Part shown: positions 30,397 through 41,171 of the stretch, one piece after another | How the letters are laid out: each line of letters begins with the position of its first letter | How positions within the stretch are numbered: position 1 is the stretch's first letter | Origin: a virus | Virus record (IMG/VR): IMGVR_UViG_3300017971_002536 | Location: 1 to 64,000 of that record | Strand: one strand, 5' to 3' | Length of the DNA stretch: 64,000 nt | Made by a program: the position numbers and the translations under genes | Notes under the pieces: generated by a model | What the model saw: only the letters and a program-made list of their open reading frames with translations | Told to the model about the DNA's origin: nothing | Database searches by the model: none

Positions 30397-31827
30397 TTAT
30401 TCTAAATCAAAGAACTTGTTTGGTTCTTCTTTGTTTGTTATTGTTTTGTTTGGTACAAACGGACGAATAGATGTTTTCACGTCCTTACATAGTTCCTCAT
30501 ATTTCTTCGTGTCGCCATGAATGAAATACTTTGTGTACTTCGAATTTGGATCATCCTTGACCCCTTGTTGTATCAACCAACGACGGGCAAATTGATATGA
30601 AGAATTTTCACTCATAACTTGTGATGTCTGATCTAATATTTCCCTCTTTTCGCCTATACCATTGAGAATATAATAAATCCACTCACGACCATATTTTGAA
30701 TCTTGAATCTTCTTGGATAAAACCTCTTTCATCGCTCGATGTAAATTCTCTCTGAAAGTCCTTTCAAAATCTTTCAATTTCCAATCAAATGTTTTAGGTA
30801 ATTTCTTTAGTTTCTCTAAAAACTCGTCTTTTGTCTTAAAAAAGAATGGATAATCCTCTCCCAATATTCTCTCTAAAGTGGGATGACGGTAAACTAAGAC
30901 AGGTTTACCAAGATTAACTCCATCTTGTGCTGATAAGTTCCATGTTGCATAACCATTTACAAAACACATAGATGCTTCACTATTCTCTAATAAATATCTA
31001 TATTGTGTAAATTTCAAATTTTTGGCGACAAATTCCTTGTCAGCAGTTACATCTGTACACCAAACAATGTATTCTCCACTATCTACAAGTTCCTTTGTGT
31101 AATCCATCATCATATTGATTCCAGTTGACTTGTTCCAACGATGATTGAATACCAAAATCTTTTTGTCAGGAAGTTGAATAGGCTCAGCTTTCGGAAAATC
31201 CCCAGCAGCCAGAGGCATCAACTCCATCTTGTCTTTCAAATTTTTAAGATTTAAATCAACCGTCTTTCCCTTCTTGAAGTTCCTTTCAAAATAATCAGGA
31301 GCTTCGGGTATGTGAAAGAATGCTTTATCCGCCATATTGATTCCCTCAAGTTGTCTCATAAATCCATGTGGAACCTGAGTTGAGCCTCTCGATTGTGGAT
31401 TGTCTACCCAATGAAAGAATAAAAATCGATTCACTAATTCACCATATCGTTTTTCACTCAATCCTATCAATATGTTATACATTAATTCAGGTTGATGATT
31501 AAATACAAAATCAAAATCAGTCAACTTCATATCGATATTCTTACGAAAACCCATTGAATCAAAATGTGACCTATTTACAACGGCGTTTCTCGTATAATTC
31601 AATGGAATATATGAAACATTCTTTCTCTTATCAAATCCTACTAACTTGTTTTTCAGGGGAACTGTTACATAATGGTGACACATCGGTAAGTAATTGATTG
31701 TCATATTCAATACTTTATAGTTTGAATCACTTTCATGTAGAAATGTTCCAGCTTTATCCGTTCTAACAGGAGCATTATAATGTAATATCCTGAGACCGTA
31801 TAACGGATGATCTATATATTCGTTCAT
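30397..31827 (-). CDS. GT-B glycosyltransferase, candidate DNA-modifying; paralog of 38642-40147
   Basis: DFVFNHQPE, FFHWVD, VFNHRWN..TG, YATWNLSAQDG; C-terminal NKFFDLE. Confidence 0.7.
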   Translation of the reverse strand: MNEYIDHPLYGLRILHYNAPVRTDKAGTFLHESDSNYKVLNMTINYLPMCHHYVTVPLKNKLVGFDKRKNVSYIPLNYTRNAVVNRSHFDSMGFRKNIDMKLTDFDFVFNHQPELMYNILIGLSEKRYGELVNRFLFFHWVDNPQSRGSTQVPHGFMRQLEGINMADKAFFHIPEAPDYFERNFKKGKTVDLNLKNLKDKMELMPLAAGDFPKAEPIQLPDKKILVFNHRWNKSTGINMMMDYTKELVDSGEYIVWCTDVTADKEFVAKNLKFTQYRYLLENSEASMCFVNGYATWNLSAQDGVNLGKPVLVYRHPTLERILGEDYPFFFKTKDEFLEKLKKLPKTFDWKLKDFERTFRENLHRAMKEVLSKKIQDSKYGREWIYYILNGIGEKREILDQTSQVMSENSSYQFARRWLIQQGVKDDPNSKYTKYFIHGDTKKYEELCKDVKTSIRPFVPNKTITNKEEPNKFFDLE

Positions 31828-31875
31828 AAATAATCCTTTGATTAAAAGATTTAGATGTGTAACCTTTGATAATTT

Positions 31876-32124
31876 TTAATATGTTAATTCTTCAACTACT
31901 ATTTTGTGTGGCTTTTTCTTGACGTATTTTTCTATCATTTCTTTCGCTTGTTCTTTTGTTCCGAATTCACGAACTACTTGCGAATCATAATCCCACACTT
32001 TCCAGTAACGCCATTTCCAATTTCCTAACCAATTCTTTTTCCATTCTTGAATATAGTATATAACTTTTTCATTAATTTCATGATCATAATAAATTTCTTC
32101 AATTATACGAAACCTTTTTTCCAT
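31876..32124 (-). CDS. Hypothetical protein
   Basis: Trp-rich 82-aa ORF. Confidence 0.6.
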   Translation of the reverse strand: MEKRFRIIEEIYYDHEINEKVIYYIQEWKKNWLGNWKWRYWKVWDYDSQVVREFGTKEQAKEMIEKYVKKKPHKIVVEELTY

Positions 32125-32125
32125 T

Positions 32126-32578
32126 TTATTTTCCCCACTTTTTTTCTTTCACTAATCGACAAATTTTACCATAAACAGATAAATCTTGCCAAGCATCTTC
32201 AACAGATTCATTAGCAGCATGGAGTGAATCACGAACAAGAATAATGTTGAATAAACGTTGAATTTTGTCGTTCATTCGAAACCAGAGTCCTTTCAAACTA
32301 ATCATAATTTCTTTATCGTCTTTTAGTTGTGTTCCAACAGCAATATTTCCAGGACCATAATCATATTGTTTACGACAAAATGTAACAAATTCTTCTATCA
32401 TATATTCTTTAAATCTGCCAACCGTTTCCGGATACATTTCAGTTAATTTATTTATAATATCAATAGTTTCAACATCTACTTCTTGTAACAATTTTAATTC
32501 AAACACTACTTTTTCATTTGTAACTTGTGTAGCAGCAAAACCTACATTCCCCTCTTTTTCTTCTTTCTTTTTCGCCAT
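32126..32578 (-). CDS. DUF1599 / nucleotide modification-associated domain 1 protein
   Basis: RKQYDYG, RMNDKIQRL, ESVEDAWQDLSVYG. Confidence 0.8.
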   Translation of the reverse strand: MAKKKEEKEGNVGFAATQVTNEKVVFELKLLQEVDVETIDIINKLTEMYPETVGRFKEYMIEEFVTFCRKQYDYGPGNIAVGTQLKDDKEIMISLKGLWFRMNDKIQRLFNIILVRDSLHAANESVEDAWQDLSVYGKICRLVKEKKWGK

Positions 32579-32588
32579 AACATTTCTC

Positions 32589-33134
32589 CTATTTCAACAA
32601 TATTTTAATTTCTTCATCAGTATTACCATACATTCTACAAATTTCAACTAATCTCTCAGTCCACTCAGGTTTTGATAAAAAGATTGTTATGTAGTTTATC
32701 GCCTCTCGTTGAGGCACTTCATAATATAAACTAATCAACTCAATCAATTCTTTATTATACTTCTTTTCCTTTTTCCCCTTTACCCACTTGAGAAATGTCC
32801 TACCCTTTGGAATAAAGTTGGCATATACCTTGTAAAGAGCCTCACTCGTCATATCAAAACTATATTGTTGTACAATGTTAGTAATAAATAACCATTCAGG
32901 ATTCATCGACAAATAACGATTTATCATATAAGTTGAAAAGGTTTTTTTGTCCACTTCCGTCATATTGTCAAAATACTTTGGATCATAAGGCTCTAAATAA
33001 ATAGCCTTTAAATGATCAAATAAACCCTTTCCCTTTATCTTCTCTTTCTTCTTTGGTTTTATGAGAATTTCTTCCTTTTCAGGTTCCTCAAAATAACCCT
33101 CAGATTCAAAAAATTTGTTCGATAATTTACTCAA
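32589..33134 (-). CDS. Clamp loader small subunit (gp62-like)
   Basis: LFDHL, YMINRYLSM, FLKWVK, YYEV..REA; next to gp44/gp45. Confidence 0.7.
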   Translation of the reverse strand: MSKLSNKFFESEGYFEEPEKEEILIKPKKKEKIKGKGLFDHLKAIYLEPYDPKYFDNMTEVDKKTFSTYMINRYLSMNPEWLFITNIVQQYSFDMTSEALYKVYANFIPKGRTFLKWVKGKKEKKYNKELIELISLYYEVPQREAINYITIFLSKPEWTERLVEICRMYGNTDEEIKILLK

Positions 33135-33447
33135 CGGTTTCTTCCTTACCTAAATCGCCATCTTCAACATCTTCTTTTGGTACAGCTTTTCCACCAAATT
33201 CATCAGGTATATAACCACAATTCGTACAAGAAAGAACTTGCATCGGAGCAAACATTTCTTTCCCGCTCGTATTTACCGGATTCACTGCACTAATTCTTTT
33301 TACCACTACTAAATTTTGAAACAAATGATGTCCACATTCACTACATACAAATGTTTCTAATGTAGAAGCATCAATGTTTAATTGTTGTGGTTGACCCATT
33401 TGTTGACCGGGATTTGGCCCACCGGCGGCTCCTGGAGTGTATTCCAT
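33127..33447 (-). CDS. Zn-finger phage protein
   Basis: CSEC..CTNC. Confidence 0.6.
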   Translation of the reverse strand: MEYTPGAAGGPNPGQQMGQPQQLNIDASTLETFVCSECGHHLFQNLVVVKRISAVNPVNTSGKEMFAPMQVLSCTNCGYIPDEFGGKAVPKEDVEDGDLGKEETVE

Positions 33448-33460
33448 AATAATTCTCCTT

Positions 33461-34393
33461 TTAAGATTGATCTTTTATGTTTATTAACTTTATCATCATA
33501 TCCATGAAATTTATTTCCTTGTCAACTACAAATGGATCACTCTTTACTCCATCTGCAATCGTCAATAAAGAATTCGCCACATTTGTTGGCGCATATTCGT
33601 CAATGTGATCATATAAAAATCGATAAACGTCCGAAAACTCATTTACGTGATTGTCGTTAACTAATTGTCGTATATTAGTAAATACTGCCCGTTTATCTTT
33701 TTCCTTTAATATCTCTAATAACTTTAATCGAAAATCCGATTCAATAATCTTGTGTCGATCTACTGCTAACTTTCCATCTATTGAATTTAATTGTGCGGAA
33801 TTGATAAGTTGACGTATATCAGGATAAGTAGATTCAACTAATACCTTTACATCCTTTGGATCATATTCAACTTTTTCTTCGCCCAAAATCTCGGCGACCC
33901 GGATCGCTACGTCCGCCCGTGACGGTGGGATAATCTCAAATATCTGACATCGAGACTGTATCGGAGCAATAATCTTCTCGTGATAATTACACGTCAATAT
34001 AAATCTCGTTGTCTTACTAAACTGTTCCATAACATTACGCAGGTTCGCTTGAGCATTAGGTGTCATATAATCAAACTCGTCCAATATAACTAACTTTAAA
34101 GGTTTAAATGACACACTACCAGCAAAAGGTTTTATCTTCACTCGTACTACATCTACTCCAGTTTCATCGGACGCATTGATGTAAATCGTATCACTATCAG
34201 TATTCTCAGCAATTACCTTAGCTAATGTTGTTTTACCTGTTCCTGCCTTTCCATAAAATAAAAGATGTGGCGGATCATTCTCTTTAATGTATTGTGTTAC
34301 CTTTTGTCTTACATGATCATTACCAACATAATTTTCTAATTTATGTGGGCGGTATTTCTCCGCCCATAACGTGTTTTCTTTCTTTTTCGCCAT
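33461..34393 (-). CDS. gp44: Clamp loader AAA+ subunit (gp44/RFC small)
   Basis: WAEKYRP, GKAGTGKTT, INASD, LDEFD, SRC. Confidence 0.95.
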   Translation of the reverse strand: MAKKKENTLWAEKYRPHKLENYVGNDHVRQKVTQYIKENDPPHLLFYGKAGTGKTTLAKVIAENTDSDTIYINASDETGVDVVRVKIKPFAGSVSFKPLKLVILDEFDYMTPNAQANLRNVMEQFSKTTRFILTCNYHEKIIAPIQSRCQIFEIIPPSRADVAIRVAEILGEEKVEYDPKDVKVLVESTYPDIRQLINSAQLNSIDGKLAVDRHKIIESDFRLKLLEILKEKDKRAVFTNIRQLVNDNHVNEFSDVYRFLYDHIDEYAPTNVANSLLTIADGVKSDPFVVDKEINFMDMMIKLINIKDQS

Positions 34394-34405
34394 ATGAGAC
34401 TCCTA

Positions 34406-35149
34406 TTAAGCGTCAGTTTCTGCTTCTACAAGATAATAATTTGCGGTGTAATCTCCATCCTCAATATGAATATACGCAAGTCCTTCATTACTTACTTGCA
34501 ATGTAGCGAGTTTAGCTCCCTTGTTCGCGGTAAGAATGTTTTTGAAGTACTCAGCATTAAAAGATATAGGCCTATCCATTGTAGTATCAGAAACACCCTC
34601 AATACCCATCGTAATTCTATTGGTATTTACTTGAGAATAACCTAATACAACTTTATGTGTTCCATCTTTATCTTTCAACATTGTAAAGATTTTTGTTTCA
34701 GATAACGCACCTTTAGCACGAATATATGTATCAACAAAATCTTTTGTCAAATTAAATGACCAATGAAACTCAGGAGTTTGTTTCAATCCTTTTGAACGTT
34801 GAACAACAGACAAATCAGATAACATATAAGTTACATCATTACTATTATCTACTAAATCAATCGAAACATATTTTGTTTCATCGTCCGCTTCAACTTTATT
34901 GAGATTTAAATTTATATCATCACTCAATACAGATAACATTCGAACTAATTGACTTGTAGTAAGAACACCGAGTTCAACTCCATCTTCAAAACCTACAAAA
35001 TTGTCCATTTTTACATCACCAATCATTGATTTGTCGCCAGTAATAAAACGAGTTAACAATGATCCTTCGGCAGTTTCCCATACGGTGGCTTCAATTTCTC
35101 CACCTAAATGATAACGACCAACAAAATCTAACAATCTTTCTTTTTCCAT
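34406..35149 (-). CDS. gp45: DNA polymerase sliding clamp (gp45-like)
   Basis: 247 aa, beta-rich; ISFNAEYF..LQVSNEGL..YYL; lies between clamp loader and polymerase. Confidence 0.75.
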   Translation of the reverse strand: MEKERLLDFVGRYHLGGEIEATVWETAEGSLLTRFITGDKSMIGDVKMDNFVGFEDGVELGVLTTSQLVRMLSVLSDDINLNLNKVEADDETKYVSIDLVDNSNDVTYMLSDLSVVQRSKGLKQTPEFHWSFNLTKDFVDTYIRAKGALSETKIFTMLKDKDGTHKVVLGYSQVNTNRITMGIEGVSDTTMDRPISFNAEYFKNILTANKGAKLATLQVSNEGLAYIHIEDGDYTANYYLVEAETDA

Positions 35150-35163
35150 AACTTTCTCCTTGT

Positions 35164-37734
35164 TTATAGTTCAAAAAATTTATTTATTTTCTTTTGTTCA
35201 AATGAAGGCATTAACCATTCTAACGCAACATAAAAATCTTGTAATTTTGATTCTAATACCTTACTAAACATTTTATTCCTATCAACGTATGTTTCTATGA
35301 AGTTTACTATTTCAGGTGGATCATCATAACCTTTGAAAGCGATAGCATCCATCCCAAAACCATTTTCTTTCAAATATAACCATTTAACTTTTTCACTTGA
35401 CGCAATCGGTGGAAATTTTTTCTCTAACTTATAATATAATAGAAGTTCATTATAACATATAGCAGCTTTAACGTGTGCTGGAGTTCCTTTCACCCAATTA
35501 CCAAAAGGTTTATAACCATCTTTAATATTTAAACTACCGTTTGTTGATAAAGTTCCAAATTTATCTAAATTATGTACGGAAGTTGGCGTGGCTATATCTT
35601 CAGGCGTCACTGTCTTAACCATATTTTTAAACTCAACTATTTTACTATCTATACTTTCTTGTGTTTCGCCTTTTAAAATGTCTGTCAAAATCTCCTTGAG
35701 AAATGTCTTGAACGCAACAGGAAATGATGATCGTTTTACATCTAATCCCGTATACGCCATGTTGTCCTTTGGAACACCATTCTTATTTACAATCCAAAGC
35801 GCATAACGTTTTTTCGTTGTCCAAAATCCAGCTTGCGCAATCACTTCTTGTTTCAACTCAAACTTGTGTTCGTCTATATTTAAAAACTTCTTTCCATAAT
35901 AATCAAATGTTCCATTCATATAATCTTGAACTTCAGCAGTTATTCTTAAAATCGCTGACGACATTTGTTCAGGATCATTTATATCTACATCAGGATATTG
36001 TTTTTCAACTAATGGTTTGGCAGGAAAGAATACAGAATCAGTATCAATGTAAATACAATAATCTTTATCCTTTTCGCCAGTTATTTGATTGTAATAAAAA
36101 TTTCCTATCTTCTCAGTATATTGAATAAGATTAACTCCAGTAGTTGTTACCGCTTCCGCATTATCAATATCATAAAATCTAAATATTGGAAGTCCTAACA
36201 CTCCATATACTGAGTTTAACATAACCTTGGCTATTGTTCTACGTTGAGCATAATACTTTTCTTTTTCCTTGTTGCCTTTATTCCCATATTGAGTTTGTAA
36301 CTTATCAAAATTATCCTTGTCTTTGAACCATTCCTCTAAAATCTCAGGTATAATCCCTTTTTTGTCCACTCTATACATAACTCCATTCGCGGAAATGGCT
36401 AAACTATTCTCCCTCAAAATTTTGTCTAAATCATTACCATCCGCGTAAATATGATCACCTAAAAATTTTCCCTCATACTTTACATTCTTATCACTTATAT
36501 GTCTTTCAGCTTTCCAGCCTTCAATCTTACCAACTTTTGTTTCGGGTGAAATGTTCAAACTCATAACAATCGACGGATACAATGAAGTAAAATCTAAATC
36601 GTATATCCATTCATGACGACCTGTAAATGGTTCTTTTACATACGCACCACTAAACTTGTCCTCAGAATCCATGTGTTTTCTGTTTTCGGGATTCTTGTTT
36701 GGAGCAACTAAGTTCTTCCTTTTCATGTATGTCAACATCGCTCCCTCAATCCATCTACTTGAGAAAAATACATCTTCATATGGTACATGACCTTTATGAG
36801 CAATACCTTGTAACAAATCAATAAAGTTTAACTTTTGATCCAACTTTACAACCAACTTTGTATCAACTAAATTGTATTCAATAAACTTGTCTATATCGTC
36901 TCTCTTTAAATTATCTAAACTACCATCATATTTTATTTTTCCCTCGCCTAACTCATGACGAGAGACAGCGTCCAAGGCGTATGACGGTAACGCGGTGTAA
37001 GTGAACATCTTATACATAGCCAGATAATCTAATGAACTTACCCCAGCTATAAAATATCTCCCACGTCTCTCAAAATATTTTACTATGCCTAAAGGTGAAA
37101 GCCGTTTCGCCTCATAATCACCTAATACCCTTTTTAATCTCGCATATAAATAAGGAACGTCAAATCCATCTACATTCCATCCTGTAATAATTGTTGGATT
37201 TATCTCACTCCATTTATTTATGAACGCTGTTAGTAAATCTTCCTCTTTTGAAAATGGTATCGTTTCTTCATTTCCATGTCTCATTTGTTCCACAACTTTA
37301 TCTTCGTCTAAAACATATACATAATATTCATCAGTCTTTTGATCATAGAATGAAACAGATGTTATCTTATTATATGCTTTTTTGATGTCAGGTAACCCGT
37401 CCGTAACTTCAACTTCAATATCGAAGAACAATACCGTATGATCTTTTGAAATGTCGTCACTATCAGTATAAAGATCAACCAAAACCCTTGTTTCAACAGG
37501 AACATCAGATTCAAATATCTTACCACCGTCTACATCCCATTTAGCCCAACTTGTGACCTTACTAACCTTGTCGCCATAAATACTTCTTTTATCACCTTCT
37601 GAATCTAACCGGTACGCATAATTTTCAAAATCATATGTATCATAACCGCGTTTATCATCCCAAATGTGAACTATCGTTTTATTCCCGTCAAATACATCGC
37701 CTCGAATTCTTTCAATATACAAATTTTGATACAT
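35164..37734 (-). CDS. gp43: Family B DNA polymerase (gp43-like)
   Basis: FFDIE, GWNVDGFD, YNLVD, DFTSLYPS, KVMLNSVYG, YIDTDS, KKRYA; C-terminal QKKINKFF. Confidence 0.97.
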   Translation of the reverse strand: MYQNLYIERIRGDVFDGNKTIVHIWDDKRGYDTYDFENYAYRLDSEGDKRSIYGDKVSKVTSWAKWDVDGGKIFESDVPVETRVLVDLYTDSDDISKDHTVLFFDIEVEVTDGLPDIKKAYNKITSVSFYDQKTDEYYVYVLDEDKVVEQMRHGNEETIPFSKEEDLLTAFINKWSEINPTIITGWNVDGFDVPYLYARLKRVLGDYEAKRLSPLGIVKYFERRGRYFIAGVSSLDYLAMYKMFTYTALPSYALDAVSRHELGEGKIKYDGSLDNLKRDDIDKFIEYNLVDTKLVVKLDQKLNFIDLLQGIAHKGHVPYEDVFFSSRWIEGAMLTYMKRKNLVAPNKNPENRKHMDSEDKFSGAYVKEPFTGRHEWIYDLDFTSLYPSIVMSLNISPETKVGKIEGWKAERHISDKNVKYEGKFLGDHIYADGNDLDKILRENSLAISANGVMYRVDKKGIIPEILEEWFKDKDNFDKLQTQYGNKGNKEKEKYYAQRRTIAKVMLNSVYGVLGLPIFRFYDIDNAEAVTTTGVNLIQYTEKIGNFYYNQITGEKDKDYCIYIDTDSVFFPAKPLVEKQYPDVDINDPEQMSSAILRITAEVQDYMNGTFDYYGKKFLNIDEHKFELKQEVIAQAGFWTTKKRYALWIVNKNGVPKDNMAYTGLDVKRSSFPVAFKTFLKEILTDILKGETQESIDSKIVEFKNMVKTVTPEDIATPTSVHNLDKFGTLSTNGSLNIKDGYKPFGNWVKGTPAHVKAAICYNELLLYYKLEKKFPPIASSEKVKWLYLKENGFGMDAIAFKGYDDPPEIVNFIETYVDRNKMFSKVLESKLQDFYVALEWLMPSFEQKKINKFFEL

Positions 37735-37744
37735 TCATTTTCTC

Positions 37745-38632
37745 CTAAAATCTTATCTCTTTTTTCTCTATTATATCTCTTAAATAAAGTCCATATTCAT
37801 TATTATATTGTAATGATAATTTACGTAATTGATCTTCATTAATATAACCCATTCGATAGGCGACTTCCTCAATACATCCTATTTTCAAACCTTGTCTTTC
37901 TTCCATCATTCTTATAAAATTACTTGAATCATTCAATGAATCTTGTGTACCAGTATCTAACCACGTAAAACCACGACCCATAACCTCAACATTTAATTTA
38001 TTCATTTGTAAATATATTTTGTTAATGTCCGTAATCTCAAGTTCCGCTCGACCAGACGGTCGAAGTCCTTTAGCATACTCAATAACATCATTATCATAAA
38101 AATATAATCCCGTCACCGCATAGTTGGATTTTGGTTCATTTGGTTTTTCTTCTAATGATTTCGCCTTTCCATATAAATCAAACTCAACTACTCCATATCT
38201 CTCAGGATCTTTTACATAATAACCAAATACTGTAGCTCCTTCGTTACGAGCATTCGCACGTGATAATAGAGCAACTAAATCATGACCATAAAATATGTTG
38301 TCGCCAAGTATCAAACAACAATCATCGTCACCTATAAATTCCTCTCCAATTATGAAGGCTTCGGCAATACCATTTGGTTTATCTTGTACTATATGTCTAA
38401 TGTATATTCCTAAATCATATCCATTCCATAATAAATCTTTGTATAAAGGAGCATCCCTCTCAGTTGTTATGAGTAATATTTCCTTGATTCCTGCTAACAT
38501 CAATGTAGATAATGGATAATACACCATCGGTTTATCATATACCGGTATGATTTGTTTACTTATTGATTTTGTCGCCGGATGGAGGCGAGTCCCAGCTCCA
38601 CCGGCTAAAATAATACCTTTTCTATTTATCAT
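37745..38632 (-). CDS. rmlA: Glucose-1-phosphate thymidylyltransferase
   Basis: [42 protein letters not shown]. Confidence 0.97.
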   Translation of the reverse strand: MINRKGIILAGGAGTRLHPATKSISKQIIPVYDKPMVYYPLSTLMLAGIKEILLITTERDAPLYKDLLWNGYDLGIYIRHIVQDKPNGIAEAFIIGEEFIGDDDCCLILGDNIFYGHDLVALLSRANARNEGATVFGYYVKDPERYGVVEFDLYGKAKSLEEKPNEPKSNYAVTGLYFYDNDVIEYAKGLRPSGRAELEITDINKIYLQMNKLNVEVMGRGFTWLDTGTQDSLNDSSNFIRMMEERQGLKIGCIEEVAYRMGYINEDQLRKLSLQYNNEYGLYLRDIIEKKEIRF

Positions 38633-38641
38633 AACTCTCTC

Positions 38642-40147
38642 CTAAAAAAATTTGTTCTTACTCACTTTAACAAATTTTGGATCACGTTTCGGCTCACTTG
38701 CGTGGCTTCGATCAATCCATTTTGAATCATTCAATAACAATTCTATTTTCTCTACCACTTCCTCAGGTATCGAAAGTTTGACATCGGGATCATTTGGATC
38801 ATCCATTGCTCCCATCATTAAACACCACTTTCTAAGATGTTCCCACGAATTTGACAAATGTAAATCTCGATGTGTATTATGTAAAATGTTCTTTTTATAT
38901 CCATTATCATTCATTATGTGCCATAACCATTCTCGACCATATAAACGTTGTCCATCTTGTGAATGCGGTTCTTGTTTACGGCGACCTTCATATTTATCAA
39001 TAGCTTCTAACATCGCACCATGTAAATTAAACATAAAATTATCTTCATGTGGTGGCAATCCCCACTCAAAAGATTCAGGTAATTCTTTCAACTTCTTTAA
39101 AAATTCATCTTTTGTTTTGAAATAAAATGGATAATCTTTTCCAACTACTTCATCCATCATTGGATGATAATACGTTAATGATGGGCGACTCAAGGCGATC
39201 CCGTCTTGAACCGATAAATTCCACGTTCCATATGAATCTACAAAACATAATGTAGCATATGACTTCTCAACAAGATATTGATATTCTGCTCCACTTGGAA
39301 GATTTTGTACACGCATCCACTTTGGAGCTGGTTGTCCGGCTCTCGGTTTCTTCGCATCTTCATCAGTTACCCAAACAAGATACTCGTCTCTATCTAAATC
39401 TTTTGTGTAATCGATTAATCTTTTGATACCAGTTGTCGTATTCCAACGATGATTAAACAATAAGATTTTCTTGTCAGGAAGTGGAACAGGTTTTGACTTC
39501 TTTGTTGTTCCTATAAATCCACCTGCAAGAGGCATATACGTGATCTTTTCCCTTATCTTTTCATCTATGATTTCGCCAGTGATTCTTGGACGTTTTGGCG
39601 ACCAATTTGACTTGATGTAATCCAATGACGCATTACAATGAAAAAATGTCTTAGCAGATAAATCTATCGCTTCTATCTGTCTCCAAAATCCATCGGTGTA
39701 CGTCTCACTCGGTTTTGAAGCTGGTGAATCTACCCAGTGAAAAAATAAAAACGTGTTTACTGACGTTCCCATTCGATCACTCAATAAACCACTTATTACA
39801 TTATAAAATAACTCAGGTTGATGTAAAAATACAAAATCTAAATCATGTTTTCGCCAATCAAAATACTTTCTCAAAGCTTTATAATCAAAAAATCCACGAT
39901 TTGCTAAAACAGAAATGGGATACGGGAAATGAATCCAAGTTATATTGTCTTGTTGTACCACATCTTCAACTGTATTATTCGGTGGTACTAATACATAATG
40001 GTGACAATCAGGTAAAAACTTGATCGTCTTATACATAACTTTCCAATTTGAATCTCCATGATGTAACCACTTTGTCGCATTCCATCTAACTGGCGACATC
40101 ACATGAAGTATCCGTCGTCCATATAATTTTTTTCCTACTTCATCCAT
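38642..40147 (-). CDS. GT-B glycosyltransferase, candidate DNA-modifying; paralog of 30397-31827
   Basis: DFVFLHQPE, FFHWVD, LFNHRWN..TG, YGTWNLSVQDG; C-terminal KNKFF. Confidence 0.7.
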   Translation of the reverse strand: MDEVGKKLYGRRILHVMSPVRWNATKWLHHGDSNWKVMYKTIKFLPDCHHYVLVPPNNTVEDVVQQDNITWIHFPYPISVLANRGFFDYKALRKYFDWRKHDLDFVFLHQPELFYNVISGLLSDRMGTSVNTFLFFHWVDSPASKPSETYTDGFWRQIEAIDLSAKTFFHCNASLDYIKSNWSPKRPRITGEIIDEKIREKITYMPLAGGFIGTTKKSKPVPLPDKKILLFNHRWNTTTGIKRLIDYTKDLDRDEYLVWVTDEDAKKPRAGQPAPKWMRVQNLPSGAEYQYLVEKSYATLCFVDSYGTWNLSVQDGIALSRPSLTYYHPMMDEVVGKDYPFYFKTKDEFLKKLKELPESFEWGLPPHEDNFMFNLHGAMLEAIDKYEGRRKQEPHSQDGQRLYGREWLWHIMNDNGYKKNILHNTHRDLHLSNSWEHLRKWCLMMGAMDDPNDPDVKLSIPEEVVEKIELLLNDSKWIDRSHASEPKRDPKFVKVSKNKFF

Positions 40148-41171
40148 TTAAATTCTCCATTAATTTTTCTAACCATATTTCAGGTGAATACATTTGTTTA
40201 ACTATTTTTTGTTGTTTTTCAACAATCTTTATCTTTTCATCTTCGTTTTCCATATAATAATTTAGTTTGTCGCCCAACTCGTCTAAATCATCATATAATA
40301 ACTCGTCAATCATATACTCTTGATAACAAGTTTTGTCGTTTCTTGGACACAAATAACATAATCCGGCGAAAATTCCCTCTATAACACCATATCCAAATGT
40401 ATCATGTTCTGCAAATGAAATCCCAAATCCACAATTTTTGAGATTTTGCTGATATAACGCTTCGTTGTTTTTTGTATCAACATATCTCGTTCCATATTTC
40501 ATAGGGAAATGACTTCCGTAACCTGATGGAAGTGTGAAAGGTAAACTCCATAAAATCTTTTGTCTCAATTCTTTTGGTAACTTATCCGCATACTCAGGAT
40601 TCTTTGACTTGTCTAATCGATGATTGTATATGATTGAATCACTTTTTCGAGGCGACCACATTTCTTGAAATACCGGAAGTCCTATCGTTTTTGTTGGATA
40701 TGGTAATACTTCGTCAAACCAAAATGTAGCTGAAAATATCTTTGTAAACTTCGTTGAATTTCGTACCTCAATTTCTTGATTTCTTTTTCGTTCTTCGTCG
40801 GTGATTCTTCTATTTCCGGGTTCGGTATCTAAAAATGATGATCCATGTATAAAACCATAAAACTCAACATAATCCGAAAATTGATCCATTACTTGAAATT
40901 CAAAATCGCCTACGTTTGTAAAAAATACTTTCGTAAACTTTCCTTCTCTAAGAAATTCTTCAAATTCTTTAATGTACATATCTTGTGAAACCCTTGACTT
41001 TTCCCACGATCCAAAAATAAAAGGTTTTTTACTTACGAATACCCTACTAAGAAAATTTGATAAATCTCTCGACCACTTTACTTCATAAAAATGTGGTATC
41101 AATAATACATCTTTTCTTACATAATCTTTTGTGAATTCATATGGATCATCTATATCAAAAAATTTACTCAT
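40140..41171 (-). CDS. GT-B glycosyltransferase (GTDC1/DUF3524-like), candidate nucleobase glycosyltransferase
   Basis: FIHGSS, YNHRLDKSKNPE, SFAEHDTFGYGVIEG..LCP; N-terminal MSKFFD. Confidence 0.7.
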   Translation of the reverse strand: MSKFFDIDDPYEFTKDYVRKDVLLIPHFYEVKWSRDLSNFLSRVFVSKKPFIFGSWEKSRVSQDMYIKEFEEFLREGKFTKVFFTNVGDFEFQVMDQFSDYVEFYGFIHGSSFLDTEPGNRRITDEERKRNQEIEVRNSTKFTKIFSATFWFDEVLPYPTKTIGLPVFQEMWSPRKSDSIIYNHRLDKSKNPEYADKLPKELRQKILWSLPFTLPSGYGSHFPMKYGTRYVDTKNNEALYQQNLKNCGFGISFAEHDTFGYGVIEGIFAGLCYLCPRNDKTCYQEYMIDELLYDDLDELGDKLNYYMENEDEKIKIVEKQQKIVKQMYSPEIWLEKLMENLNG